The notes beneath the pieces were generated by a model. It did no database searches. It saw nothing but the letters and a program-made list of their open reading frames with translations, and had not been told where the DNA came from. This document shows, piece by piece, positions 9,522 to 17,693 of a DNA stretch of 19,641 nucleotides. This stretch comes from a virus (lineage: Duplodnaviria; Heunggongvirae; Uroviricota; Caudoviricetes). The translations under genes were made by a program, and so were the position numbers. The DNA lies in the IMG/VR virus record IMGVR_UViG_2671181085_000003. One strand, 5' to 3'. Positions within the stretch are counted from its first letter, which is position 1, and every line of letters starts with the position of its first letter.

Positions 9522-9869
9522 TTACGGCAGCGCCACGTGACTCAGGGCTGTGCCGACAAAGGCGTTGGCCTTTTTGTGTTCATCCACACTTTCAGGCCAG
9601 CGGACTGCCTCCGTCGCAAAGGTCCCCGACTTGTAATACGTCAGCACCGTCTCTGTGCCTTCAAGCGGCAGTACCAGTATGCCAACCGCACTACCGGCTT
9701 TCTGTCCGTCCCAGACCACCAGTTTCCCGGTGGCTTCATCCAGCATCAGGGGCGTCAGTGCCGGTGTTGCCTGAGAAATCCCGCTGCTGCCTGTGGCGGT
9801 ATGAGCCGGATCATTACCGGCAAAAATACGTACTTCCGCACGCTGTTCAGTGATGGTTTTCGTCACCAT
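9522..9869 (-). CDS. D: Head decoration protein D
   Basis: 115-aa ORF with DPAHTAT, TPLMLD, WDG, AVGIL and YKSGTF motifs matching lambda gpD. Confidence 0.9.
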   Translation of the reverse strand: MVTKTITEQRAEVRIFAGNDPAHTATGSSGISQATPALTPLMLDEATGKLVVWDGQKAGSAVGILVLPLEGTETVLTYYKSGTFATEAVRWPESVDEHKKANAFVGTALSHVALP

Positions 9870-9904
9870 TTTGTTAAAACCTCATATTGATGTCAGCACT
9901 GACT

Positions 9905-10507
9905 TCATGGCATGGCCATGAGCATTTTCACGTCCGCATCACCGTCTGCTGACGTCTGTGGCACGCCACCCTGCACCGCTGCCGGTGAATAGTTCGCCAT
10001 GAAATGTTCAAACAGGGCGGTTGTGGATGCAGAAACCGGTTCTGCCTTACCTGATCCCGCAGCCAGCACAGCCCGGGCGTTCTCCACGGTCATTCCCGGG
10101 CAGGCCGCCAGTTTTTCAGCCTGCGCCTCAGCCCCTTTTGCCTCATCCAGATCCATAATCTGATCACGGAGTGAGAGCCCGGCATCCGCCCGTGGTGCAG
10201 CCGCCAGGACAGGGCGGGCTTTTTCCACCGTCATCTCCGGCATCGCCGCCAGCGTTGCCGCCAGTTGTTCACGACCTTTCGCTTCTTCACACGCCATAAT
10301 GCGATCGGCTTCACTCTGCGCGGATGCCACCGGCTGCTGCGGTGCTGCCGCGGCCAGAATCGCCCGGGCCTGTTCAACGCTCATGCCCTGTTGTCCTGCC
10401 AGCATCGTGGCAAGCTGTTCACGTCCTTTCGCTTCCTGACACGTCAGGATCCCCATCACTCGCTGGTTCTCCTGCGCGGCAGCTTCCGTTGCGGTTAATT
10501 GCGGCAT
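9905..10507 (-). CDS. Nu3: Scaffolding protein Nu3 (internal in-frame start within C)
   Basis: Internal ATG at 10507 (MPQLTATEAAAQENQRV...) preceded by a perfect AGGAGG Shine-Dalgarno with about 5-nt spacing; in frame with C and sharing its stop, as for lambda Nu3. Confidence 0.6.
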   Translation of the reverse strand: MPQLTATEAAAQENQRVMGILTCQEAKGREQLATMLAGQQGMSVEQARAILAAAAPQQPVASAQSEADRIMACEEAKGREQLAATLAAMPEMTVEKARPVLAAAPRADAGLSLRDQIMDLDEAKGAEAQAEKLAACPGMTVENARAVLAAGSGKAEPVSASTTALFEHFMANYSPAAVQGGVPQTSADGDADVKMLMAMP

Positions 10508-11410
10508 AGTGCCTCCTGTATCATGTGTGTTCAGCGCCGCAGCCATCACGCTGATGGCATCCGACGCATTGATTAATTCATCCGCCAGTCCGGCCTTAAT
10601 ACCGGACTGACCTTCAAAAACGGCAGCCTCTGTCCCCGTGACGGCATCCACAGACAGACCGGTATACATCGCCACTTTTTCGGCAAACATCCGGTGCGCC
10701 GCATCAATCCGCTGCTGCATGTCCTGGCGAACCTCTGACGGCAACGCTTCAAACTGATTGCCATCCACCTTATGCGCCCCGGCATAAATCAGCGTGATAT
10801 CCACTCCGGCCTGCGCCAGATGACCGGCATAGCTGACATGGCCCATCATCACGCCAATGGAGCCGATACGGGATGTCTGGGTAACCAGCCGTCGGGAGCA
10901 GGCCGACGCCAGCAGCATGGCCGCAGAACAGGCCGTGTCATTACACAGTGCCCAGACCGGCTTCTGCTGACGGAGGCGGTAAATCATGTCAGCGCAGTCA
11001 AACGCACCGGCGGCCTGCCCGCCCGGACTGTCAATATCCAGCAGTACGCCCCGGACAGAGGTGTCCGCCATTGCCTGCTGAAGACAGGCAACAATGCCGT
11101 CATAGCCTGTCATTCCGGAAAATGGCCGCATGCCACCCAGCCGGTGCACCAGCGTGCCGGTCACCGGCAGTACAGCAATACCGTTCACCACCCGGTAAAC
11201 ACGGGCCGGTCGTTTACCTCCGGCCATGTACTCGTCCGTTTCAGCCAGCATCCCGGGCGCATCAAGCTGTACCTGCTGTTGTGGTAACGAAAGACTTGCT
11301 GCCCCCATCTCGCGCCCGAGCGCGCAAAAGAAAACCCGCGCATAGGCGGGCTCCAGAAGCAGCGGTTCATTGAATGCTGCGGCAATAATGTGTGAAAGAT
11401 TACGTCTCAC
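9905..11410 (-). CDS. C: Capsid assembly protease C (S49/ClpP-like), with in-frame scaffold region
   Basis: 501-aa ORF; N-terminal AAFNEPLLLEPAYARVFFCAL and the VLPVTGTL, GMTGYDGI, AFDCAD, KPVWAL, RLVTQTSRIGSIGVMM, KVDGN blocks match lambda gpC. GTG start overlapping the B stop. Confidence 0.85.
   Translation of the reverse strand: MRRNLSHIIAAAFNEPLLLEPAYARVFFCALGREMGAASLSLPQQQVQLDAPGMLAETDEYMAGGKRPARVYRVVNGIAVLPVTGTLVHRLGGMRPFSGMTGYDGIVACLQQAMADTSVRGVLLDIDSPGGQAAGAFDCADMIYRLRQQKPVWALCNDTACSAAMLLASACSRRLVTQTSRIGSIGVMMGHVSYAGHLAQAGVDITLIYAGAHKVDGNQFEALPSEVRQDMQQRIDAAHRMFAEKVAMYTGLSVDAVTGTEAAVFEGQSGIKAGLADELINASDAISVMAAALNTHDTGGTMPQLTATEAAAQENQRVMGILTCQEAKGREQLATMLAGQQGMSVEQARAILAAAAPQQPVASAQSEADRIMACEEAKGREQLAATLAAMPEMTVEKARPVLAAAPRADAGLSLRDQIMDLDEAKGAEAQAEKLAACPGMTVENARAVLAAGSGKAEPVSASTTALFEHFMANYSPAAVQGGVPQTSADGDADVKMLMAMP
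10055..10462 (-). repeat. Tandem triplication of a ~40-aa module in the C/Nu3 C-terminal region
   Basis: Three consecutive copies of I-M-x-x-x-EAKG-(R)E-x-x-A-x-x-LA-x-x-x-x-M-(T/S)-VE-x-AR-x-(V/I)-LAA visible in the translation and as repeated DNA. Confidence 0.7.
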
Positions 11411-12992
11411 GTGGTGTTGTCTCCTCTTCCGGCCTGCGGCTCTCCGCTATCTGCTGCTGATACGCCTGCGCTATCCACACCGGACGTGAGAGTCCGGCTT
11501 TTTCCCGCTCTGCGGATTCCCTGACCTGCTGGCGGAAAATGTCCTGATAATCCTCACCCATCAGCGCCAGCTCTTTCTCATACGTGCTCAGTCCGGCCTC
11601 AATGCGCATCACCGATTCCTGGACCTCCTTGAGCCCGTCAATGGCCATTCTTCCTGCGCCAATCCACTCTGCCCGCGACCAGGCTGAACGCGCCTGATAA
11701 AAATCAAAACGTGCCCGTGGCGGACGGATAATCCCCCGAAGAAGTGCCTCTTCCAGCCAGCAGGAAAACATCTGCGTGGCCAGCCGGGCCGCAATAAATT
11801 TTCGTCGTCCCATAAAATAACGCCACGACTCATTGGCGGAGGCGCGGGCACTTGAGTAACTGACCTTCGAGTAATCACGAGACAACTGTTCGTAGGAAAC
11901 GCCAAGACCGGCGGCGATATACCGCAGCAGCGCCTGTTCAAGCGCAGAAAATCCATTGTCTGAATCCTGCGCAGTCTGCAGTTTCAGATCATCCCCGGGG
12001 AAAAGGTGCGGAATTTTGACACCACCCAGCGTCACGTGATTCGTGTCATACCAGCTGGAGAACTTCTCCAGAATATTAATAAGCGGATTATCCTTCTGCT
12101 CCTGTGGCGCGCCGGCGATATATTCAAAGGCCTTTTCGGTATCAAGTTCACTTTCAATCGTCGCTGCATACATCGCCTTCACTATGGCCGACTGAAGCTG
12201 TGTTGCCTGCAGGGAATCGAGCATCTTCAGCCGTTCCATGACGCTGTAAAACTGATTAGCCCCACGGGTCTGCCCGTCCTCCACCGGCTCGAAAATATGC
12301 AGCATGGTCGGACGCCCGGTGGGAAGTTCACGCGGGATCCGTTCCCATCGTCCACTACCAGAGAACGGAAAATCATCCTCACAGATATGGTACGCGACGG
12401 CACGGCCATATCGATCGACCTCCACACCGGCCCGCAGAAAACGGTACCCCATACCGTGTCCAGGCGTGTCCACCCGTTTCGGACTCACGGCTTTAAAACG
12501 CGTACGGAATAACTGCGTGGTTTCCGTATCCCAGACCGGCTGCACAAAGATTTCGCCGTTAAACGCATGAACGCCCACACCTTCACGGATAAATTCCGTG
12601 AACGTGCGTTTTCCTTCCACGTCGATCTCGCCAAACATCCCTTCTGCGTATTCCGACCAGGCCGCCTCCACCTCATCGACAAAACTTTTTGCCGCAGTCT
12701 CCCGCATCCCCAGCCAGCGCCAGTTCGGACGGTAGCTGATCAGAAACATATGCCCGACAATATGATCCTTATGCAGGGCCACCGCATTAGCCGCTATCCC
12801 GTTATTGCGCACCAGATCATCTGCACGGGCATTCCCCAGACGCAACGCGGGCAGCAGGGCCGCATCGGCACTCTGCGAGGGTGGCAACCACTCCGCCATT
12901 TGCCCGCCAAATCCTGCACCGCCCCCGTGGTAGCTGAGACTCTCCCGAAGCGGAACGCCGTTCACATCAATCAGGACAGGCGTTCGTTTCAT
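11400..12992 (-). CDS. B: Portal protein B
   Basis: 530-aa ORF (lambda gpB is about 533 aa) between W and C. Confidence 0.9.
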   Translation of the reverse strand: MKRTPVLIDVNGVPLRESLSYHGGGAGFGGQMAEWLPPSQSADAALLPALRLGNARADDLVRNNGIAANAVALHKDHIVGHMFLISYRPNWRWLGMRETAAKSFVDEVEAAWSEYAEGMFGEIDVEGKRTFTEFIREGVGVHAFNGEIFVQPVWDTETTQLFRTRFKAVSPKRVDTPGHGMGYRFLRAGVEVDRYGRAVAYHICEDDFPFSGSGRWERIPRELPTGRPTMLHIFEPVEDGQTRGANQFYSVMERLKMLDSLQATQLQSAIVKAMYAATIESELDTEKAFEYIAGAPQEQKDNPLINILEKFSSWYDTNHVTLGGVKIPHLFPGDDLKLQTAQDSDNGFSALEQALLRYIAAGLGVSYEQLSRDYSKVSYSSARASANESWRYFMGRRKFIAARLATQMFSCWLEEALLRGIIRPPRARFDFYQARSAWSRAEWIGAGRMAIDGLKEVQESVMRIEAGLSTYEKELALMGEDYQDIFRQQVRESAEREKAGLSRPVWIAQAYQQQIAESRRPEEETTPRET

Positions 12993-13195
12993 AACCTCAC
13001 TCCCAGCGGACGACGGCGACGGCGGGTTGTCCCCAGTACCGACTCCGCATCATTGATCGCACGGTTAAGCTCATCCAGAGAAGCCGCCGTATATTCAATT
13101 CTGCGACCATCTTTCTGGACAGACACCACCCGTTTACCGGTTAATAAATCAAGGCGCGCCTGACGCAGCGCCTGCAGTTCAGCGACTGTAACCAT
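12989..13195 (-). CDS. W: Head-tail joining protein W
   Basis: 68-aa ORF, same length and position as lambda gpW. Confidence 0.85.
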   Translation of the reverse strand: MVTVAELQALRQARLDLLTGKRVVSVQKDGRRIEYTAASLDELNRAINDAESVLGTTRRRRRPLGVRL

Positions 13196-15107
13196 TCACT
13201 CCTCCGGACAGCTTCGCTGCCAGTTCTTTCAGGGTTGGCCGGGTCGTCTCTTCTTCCCGGGATTTTGCCAGTACAGCCAGATCAAGCTGCCAGCGTTGCA
13301 CGGACACACGTAATGCCGCGTAGGCATACACCAGGCAGTCCAGCGCTTCGTTACGCCGCTTTTTGTTATCCCACAGCAGACGCATCTTTCCTTTTTCCCA
13401 CTTCTCCACCAGCTCTTCCGCCACCAGTTGCTGCGCCTCTGTCTGCGAAAAAATCTCCGGATCATCAGGAAAACGGATGGCATACGACGTGGCTTCATCC
13501 GCAGGCGTGGGATCGGCTTTCATACGGGCATAGAGAATTTCTTTTGCAGTGTCCGTCCCCACTTCACACAGATACACGCCCCGCTGATTGCGGGTTTTTG
13601 GCATGGTGATCACCGGCTTGCCATAGACAGATGCGCCTTTTACCGGCAGCACCTGGAAAACACCGTGTTTTTTTGATCTCTGATAAACGATTTCACCATC
13701 GATCCCCCCGGTGTCCCAGCAGACACGGGAAATGGTCATTTCAGTGCCATCCGCATGGCGGTATTTTTTGTTGATCGCCGCATCCACACGTAACAGCGTC
13801 TCTTCCTCATCTGGACGTCCCATAATGATGATTTTATCCACCAGAAAGGCTTCCTCTCCCGGAGCCCATCCCCAGACATACATCTCAAAACGGTTTCGCT
13901 GCGAGTCAATGCCCGCCGTCAGATAAACCACCCGGGCAGGCACCGCCGCCGTGTAACGCACAACCTTATCCATCAGTACCTGGTGATCGAGTTTTTCGCC
14001 CACGGCCTCTTCCCAGGTCTCGCCCAGCGTGGTGTTCACAAAAGTTTTCAGGCCGTTGGGATCTTTCAGTGCATCCAGCCAGTCATAGACTATCTGTACC
14101 CAGGTGGTGAACGGACTGTACGCCGTCCAGATATGGAATGTGATGGAGCGCGGCGGCGGAATTTCATTACCCGCAGCGCTGAAAAACGTCAGACCGTCAC
14201 GGGTCCACATCCCCGTGTTTTCACAGATCCACCGCCCGTTGCTCTGGTCAAGCTCAGACTGATGGATCACGCAGCCATGATGTTCACAGAGGTAGAAAAC
14301 GCTTTCGGGGCTGTCCTTCTCCCATTTAAGGCCAAAAGGCGTGGATTCATCGCCAAATTTCAGATACTGCTCCTCCCCACAGTGCGGGCAGGGCACATAA
14401 AAACGCATGAAATGCGCCGACTCGTTGGCCGCTTTTTCGATCTGGCAGGAACCTTTTATTTTAGGCGTCGAGCCGCGAATGGATTTTGGCCATACAGAGC
14501 CCTCAATACGCTTATCCCCCAGCAGGGTTGGCGAGCCCTCTTTTTCAACATCCGGCTCGAACGAGGAAAGTTCGTCATAGCAGACCACATCCACGGATTT
14601 TTCACGGTAGTTTTTGGCGGCAGCGCCGCCCAGGCACCAGAAACCCACACCCGATGAAAAGCGTTTCAGCGTGAGGGTATTATCACGATGTTTACGTCCC
14701 AGCCAGGGAGAAAGTTTTTTCAGGCAGGGAACATCGCGAATCGTCGCCTCCACGTGAGACTTCATAAAATCTTCAGCGGCAGAATCCGTAGGCTGAAAAA
14801 GCAGACTGTTTCGGGATTTATGCTCAATAAAATACCCGGCGACTCCCAGCAACATCTTTGTATAGCCAACACGGGCAGATTTAATCAGATTAACAGTGCG
14901 GATCTGATCATTCCCCATACTGTTCATGATGGCGATCTGGAACGGCAGCGTTTTCCATTCTCCCTCACCATATGAAGATTCTTTAGGCAGATAATAATTT
15001 TGATCAGCCCATTCAGCTGGCGTCACCGGCAATGCCCTTATCAGGGGCTGTAATGCTGTTGTGACAGCGCTCATCATATTATTCAGTTGTTGCTCTGATA
15101 TATTCAT
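13179..15107 (-). CDS. A: Terminase large subunit A
   Basis: Start chosen at ATG 15107 (MNISEQQLNN...), which overlaps the Nu1 3' end by about 29 nt as in lambda; 642 aa with extended similarity to my recollection of lambda gpA (EWADQNYYLPKES, SARVGYTKMLLGV, CPHCGEEQYLKFGD, HIWTAYSPFTTWVQIV, FVNTTLGETWEE, RNEALDC). Confidence 0.9.
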   Translation of the reverse strand: MNISEQQLNNMMSAVTTALQPLIRALPVTPAEWADQNYYLPKESSYGEGEWKTLPFQIAIMNSMGNDQIRTVNLIKSARVGYTKMLLGVAGYFIEHKSRNSLLFQPTDSAAEDFMKSHVEATIRDVPCLKKLSPWLGRKHRDNTLTLKRFSSGVGFWCLGGAAAKNYREKSVDVVCYDELSSFEPDVEKEGSPTLLGDKRIEGSVWPKSIRGSTPKIKGSCQIEKAANESAHFMRFYVPCPHCGEEQYLKFGDESTPFGLKWEKDSPESVFYLCEHHGCVIHQSELDQSNGRWICENTGMWTRDGLTFFSAAGNEIPPPRSITFHIWTAYSPFTTWVQIVYDWLDALKDPNGLKTFVNTTLGETWEEAVGEKLDHQVLMDKVVRYTAAVPARVVYLTAGIDSQRNRFEMYVWGWAPGEEAFLVDKIIIMGRPDEEETLLRVDAAINKKYRHADGTEMTISRVCWDTGGIDGEIVYQRSKKHGVFQVLPVKGASVYGKPVITMPKTRNQRGVYLCEVGTDTAKEILYARMKADPTPADEATSYAIRFPDDPEIFSQTEAQQLVAEELVEKWEKGKMRLLWDNKKRRNEALDCLVYAYAALRVSVQRWQLDLAVLAKSREEETTRPTLKELAAKLSGGVNGYSR

Positions 15108-15588
15108 CGAGTAAATCCGGTAATTTATCCCCCGCCCGCGCACACTGATTTGCCCCCTTCGCAATAAGGGTTTTCAGATGGTCAAGATGGCGCGGTGTTA
15201 AATCAGGAAACTGTCGCTGCATGGATAAAGGGATGGAATCAAGCGTACTGGATAACGCCATTGCCAGCTTACTGAGGGCAAAAATACAGAACCCGGTGTC
15301 AATAAGTTTTCCTTTTGACACCTCATTTTTTAACTGCTGTGTAACAGCCTGTTCCGCTGTCAGTTCCCATCTAGCAATAAGCAATTTCTCCTCATAGTCG
15401 TCTTCGCTATCGCCATCAGGCACATCGTTTTTACTTCTCCTCAGATACGATATGTAAAAATCGCGCCAGGCATCCAGATCCAGTTGCCCTCGCTTATTCG
15501 ATATCGGAGCACCCGGCAATTTCTGCAATCTGCGAAGCTGGCGATCGGTCAGACTTAAATGCCTGGCAACTTCAGTCTGCGTAGCCAC
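15079..15588 (-). CDS. Nu1: Terminase small subunit Nu1
   Basis: 169-aa ORF with a GTG start. The C-terminal two thirds resemble lambda Nu1 (TGFCIFALSKLA...LSMQRQFPDL..RHLDHLK); the N-terminal HTH region differs from lambda. Confidence 0.85.
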   Translation of the reverse strand: MATQTEVARHLSLTDRQLRRLQKLPGAPISNKRGQLDLDAWRDFYISYLRRSKNDVPDGDSEDDYEEKLLIARWELTAEQAVTQQLKNEVSKGKLIDTGFCIFALSKLAMALSSTLDSIPLSMQRQFPDLTPRHLDHLKTLIAKGANQCARAGDKLPDLLDEYIRATTE

Positions 15589-15635
15589 TCCTCACCTCGC
15601 AAAAACTCTCACCTCACAATCACAACAAAACAGGT

Positions 15636-15735
15636 CATGTCCGGTTCACATGCCCATTTTTTGCGCATGTCCGGTTCACAGAAGACCTGTTTTTATATTT
15701 TTCATATAGTTAACTTGCAGAGAAACCGGACATGG
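15636..15735. promoter_or_regulatory. cosB-like terminase binding region with three R elements
   Basis: CATGTCCGGTTCACA at 15636-15650 and 15666-15680 (direct, 30 bp apart) plus an inverted copy AACCGGACATGG at about 15722-15735, separated by an AT-rich stretch (15681-15720). This mirrors the lambda R1/R2-bend-R3 layout but with different repeat sequence. Confidence 0.65.
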
Positions 15736-15771
15736 ATCCCGGAAAATTTTCATAAATAGTGAAAACCCGCG

Positions 15772-15783
15772 AGGTCGCCGCCC
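15772..15783 (-). other. cosN cohesive-end site
   Basis: Minus-strand sequence GGGCGGCGACCT followed by CGCGGGTTTTC.CTATTTATGAAAATTTTCC, matching the lambda left end as I recall it, lying about 190 bp upstream of Nu1. Confidence 0.85.
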
Positions 15784-16006
15784 CGTAACGGTCTGGATCA
15801 CCGGAAAGGACCCGCCAACGACTTTCGCGTGCAGGCATTAAAAATTTTGCAGTTCCATGCCTAGTTGAAACCTCGATTTCTATAACATCCAATTTTGTAA
15901 ATTTAGATATAGCTCAACTTTTCCCAATGTTTTCAATTGTATAAAAACAATTGGCGTTACGCTATAACACTATACTTAGAATAAGTAAAGATTTTAAGGA
16001 GTTTTA

Positions 16007-17074
16007 ATGAGTCAACATCAATATTATCCACAGCTGAAATGGAAGCCTGCTGAATATGAATCTCTGATGCTTTTAGATCAAACTACGCTCTCTGGTTTTA
16101 CTCCGATCATTACCATTCCAGACATAGACTGGGATTATGAAAACGAATGCTACAAGAAGAGTTTGAGTTCTTACTTATCTGACTTCGGTATTAACCTTGC
16201 GGCATCCTGGAAAGCCAATCGTCCTGTTTTGCTGGATGTTAAATATTTAGATAAACATGGTTCGAGCCGCCATCATCCTCTAGATATGTGTATCCAAGAT
16301 GCTAGAGTAAATGGTAAGGAAATTATCCCTGTTGTTTCTCCCACATATTCAACAAACTATATACATGCTGTTCAACGCAACTTAATCAATGGGCTCGCTA
16401 TATCTATCACCCCCCAGACATGGCACCAATTCACAAGTCTGGTTAACCACTTAAATATTCATCCTAGTTTAATTGATGTAATCATTGATTTTGGAGATAT
16501 TCAAAACGCAACTGATAGTTTAAAACAACAAGCATTAAGCATGGTCAACACATTATCAGGCCAAGCTCCGTGGAGAAACTTGATTTTATCTTCAACCGCA
16601 TACCCGGCATCACAGGCAGGGATACCGCAACATCAAGTTCATCATATTCCGCGCCATGAATACGATCTTTGGATGTACGTAGTACAGAATTTTAGCAATG
16701 GAAGAACGCCAAGTTTTAGTGATTATCCCACCGCTAGCTCTACCATTACGAGCGTAGACCCACGCTTCATGTCTCAGTATGTCTCAGTGAGATATTCGAA
16801 CGATACCTCATGGATCTTTGTAAAAGGTACCGCAGTTAAAGGAAATGGATGGGGCCAAACTAAAAACTTATGTACTACCCTTGTTAGTTCGCCAGAGTAT
16901 CAAGTCTTTGGCTCCAAATTTAGTTGGGGGGATGATTACATTTACCAAAGATCATTAGGCGCTAACAAATCTGGCGGCTCTAAAGAATGGCGTAAAGTTG
17001 CACATACGCACCATATTACGTTAGTCGTGAGACAGCTTTATTGGTTGGCGCAGACTCAGCCTGCCAAGCCTTAA
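16007..17074 (+). CDS. Hypothetical protein, 355 aa, no recognisable motif (accessory island gene 1)
   Basis: ATG preceded by AAGGAG with about 5-nt spacing; about 38% GC in a sample versus GC-rich flanks; opposite strand to all phage late genes. Confidence 0.7.
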   Translation: MSQHQYYPQLKWKPAEYESLMLLDQTTLSGFTPIITIPDIDWDYENECYKKSLSSYLSDFGINLAASWKANRPVLLDVKYLDKHGSSRHHPLDMCIQDARVNGKEIIPVVSPTYSTNYIHAVQRNLINGLAISITPQTWHQFTSLVNHLNIHPSLIDVIIDFGDIQNATDSLKQQALSMVNTLSGQAPWRNLILSSTAYPASQAGIPQHQVHHIPRHEYDLWMYVVQNFSNGRTPSFSDYPTASSTITSVDPRFMSQYVSVRYSNDTSWIFVKGTAVKGNGWGQTKNLCTTLVSSPEYQVFGSKFSWGDDYIYQRSLGANKSGGSKEWRKVAHTHHITLVVRQLYWLAQTQPAKP

Positions 17075-17636
17075 CTTTCCAGCCTACGCGTTTCTTTAAG
17101 GCTGTTCTGACTTCAAGCCTGAGATTCGCCATTGGAATATTTTCCGCAATAATATTCCATAACTCAAATCGGGGCTTGCTTTTGATTCCTTTGGAATAGC
17201 CCCATCGTTCAAGTACGTCGATACATTCATCTTTCCAAAGCAATTGAGCGAGCATCAATGTGTCATGGTTTCGATTAAGCTTTTCTCCACGCATGTGCTT
17301 TATAAGAATGGCGCCTTTTGACCCAACAGAAACCGTTTTAACGCCCCACCAACCTGGGATTAACTTTAATGCTCCCTCAAGATGTTTCTCAGCTACGACA
17401 AGAGTAACCTTGTCCATTACAGAAGAATAATGCTTGATTTGAAGAGGCAAACGCTCCAAAGAGTCATATTCACTTTTGAGCTCGTACCCGTGTATAACAC
17501 CATTTATTACAGCAATGTCTGCTCTACTGGCGCCAAGGGATATGGAAAATTCATCGACCACAAGGCAGTCTGGATCTAAATGCGATTCTTTCAAAAGCTT
17601 ATGATGCACCGCGAACCTAACATCTTGATCTTTCAT
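17016..17636 (-). CDS. Hypothetical protein, 206 aa, predicted PD-(D/E)xK-fold nuclease-like (accessory island gene 2)
   Basis: ATG preceded by AAGGAG with 5-nt spacing; N-terminal region reads CLVVDEFSISLGASRADIAVINGVIHGYELKSE, a hydrophobic-D ... E-x-K arrangement typical of PD-(D/E)xK nucleases. AT-rich. Confidence 0.7.
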   Translation of the reverse strand: MKDQDVRFAVHHKLLKESHLDPDCLVVDEFSISLGASRADIAVINGVIHGYELKSEYDSLERLPLQIKHYSSVMDKVTLVVAEKHLEGALKLIPGWWGVKTVSVGSKGAILIKHMRGEKLNRNHDTLMLAQLLWKDECIDVLERWGYSKGIKSKPRFELWNIIAENIPMANLRLEVRTALKKRVGWKVKAWQAESAPTNKAVSRLT

Positions 17637-17664
17637 GACTTCTCCTTACTCCCTCCGTTATTGA

Positions 17665-17693
17665 ATTATAGCGCACTGCATTTTACTGCATTT
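17665..17693 (-). promoter_or_regulatory. Candidate sigma70 promoter for island gene 2, overlapped by a tandem direct repeat
   Basis: Perfect TATAAT -10 on the minus strand (plus coordinates 17665-17670) about 28 nt upstream of the ATG; -35 is weak; a 10-bp element ACTGCATTT(T) occurs twice in tandem at 17675-17693. Confidence 0.4.

Noticed and set aside
12567-13163. Plus-strand ORF of 198 aa antisense to portal B and W
   Set aside because: Antisense shadow ORF within conserved portal coding sequence.
13983-14657. Plus-strand ORF of 224 aa antisense to terminase A
   Set aside because: Antisense shadow ORF within conserved terminase coding sequence.
15710-15892. 60-aa minus-strand ORF spanning cosN
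   Set aside because: Overlaps the cos site conserved with lambda; no RBS; likely noncoding.
16480-16500. DFG tripeptide in island gene 1 (VIIDFGDIQ) as a protein kinase motif
   Set aside because: No matching catalytic-loop or Gly-rich loop motifs at kinase-like spacing; likely coincidental.
16930-16990. Possible Walker A P-loop in island gene 1 (GANKSGGSKEW)
   Set aside because: Does not fit GxxxxGK[ST]; no Walker B follows.
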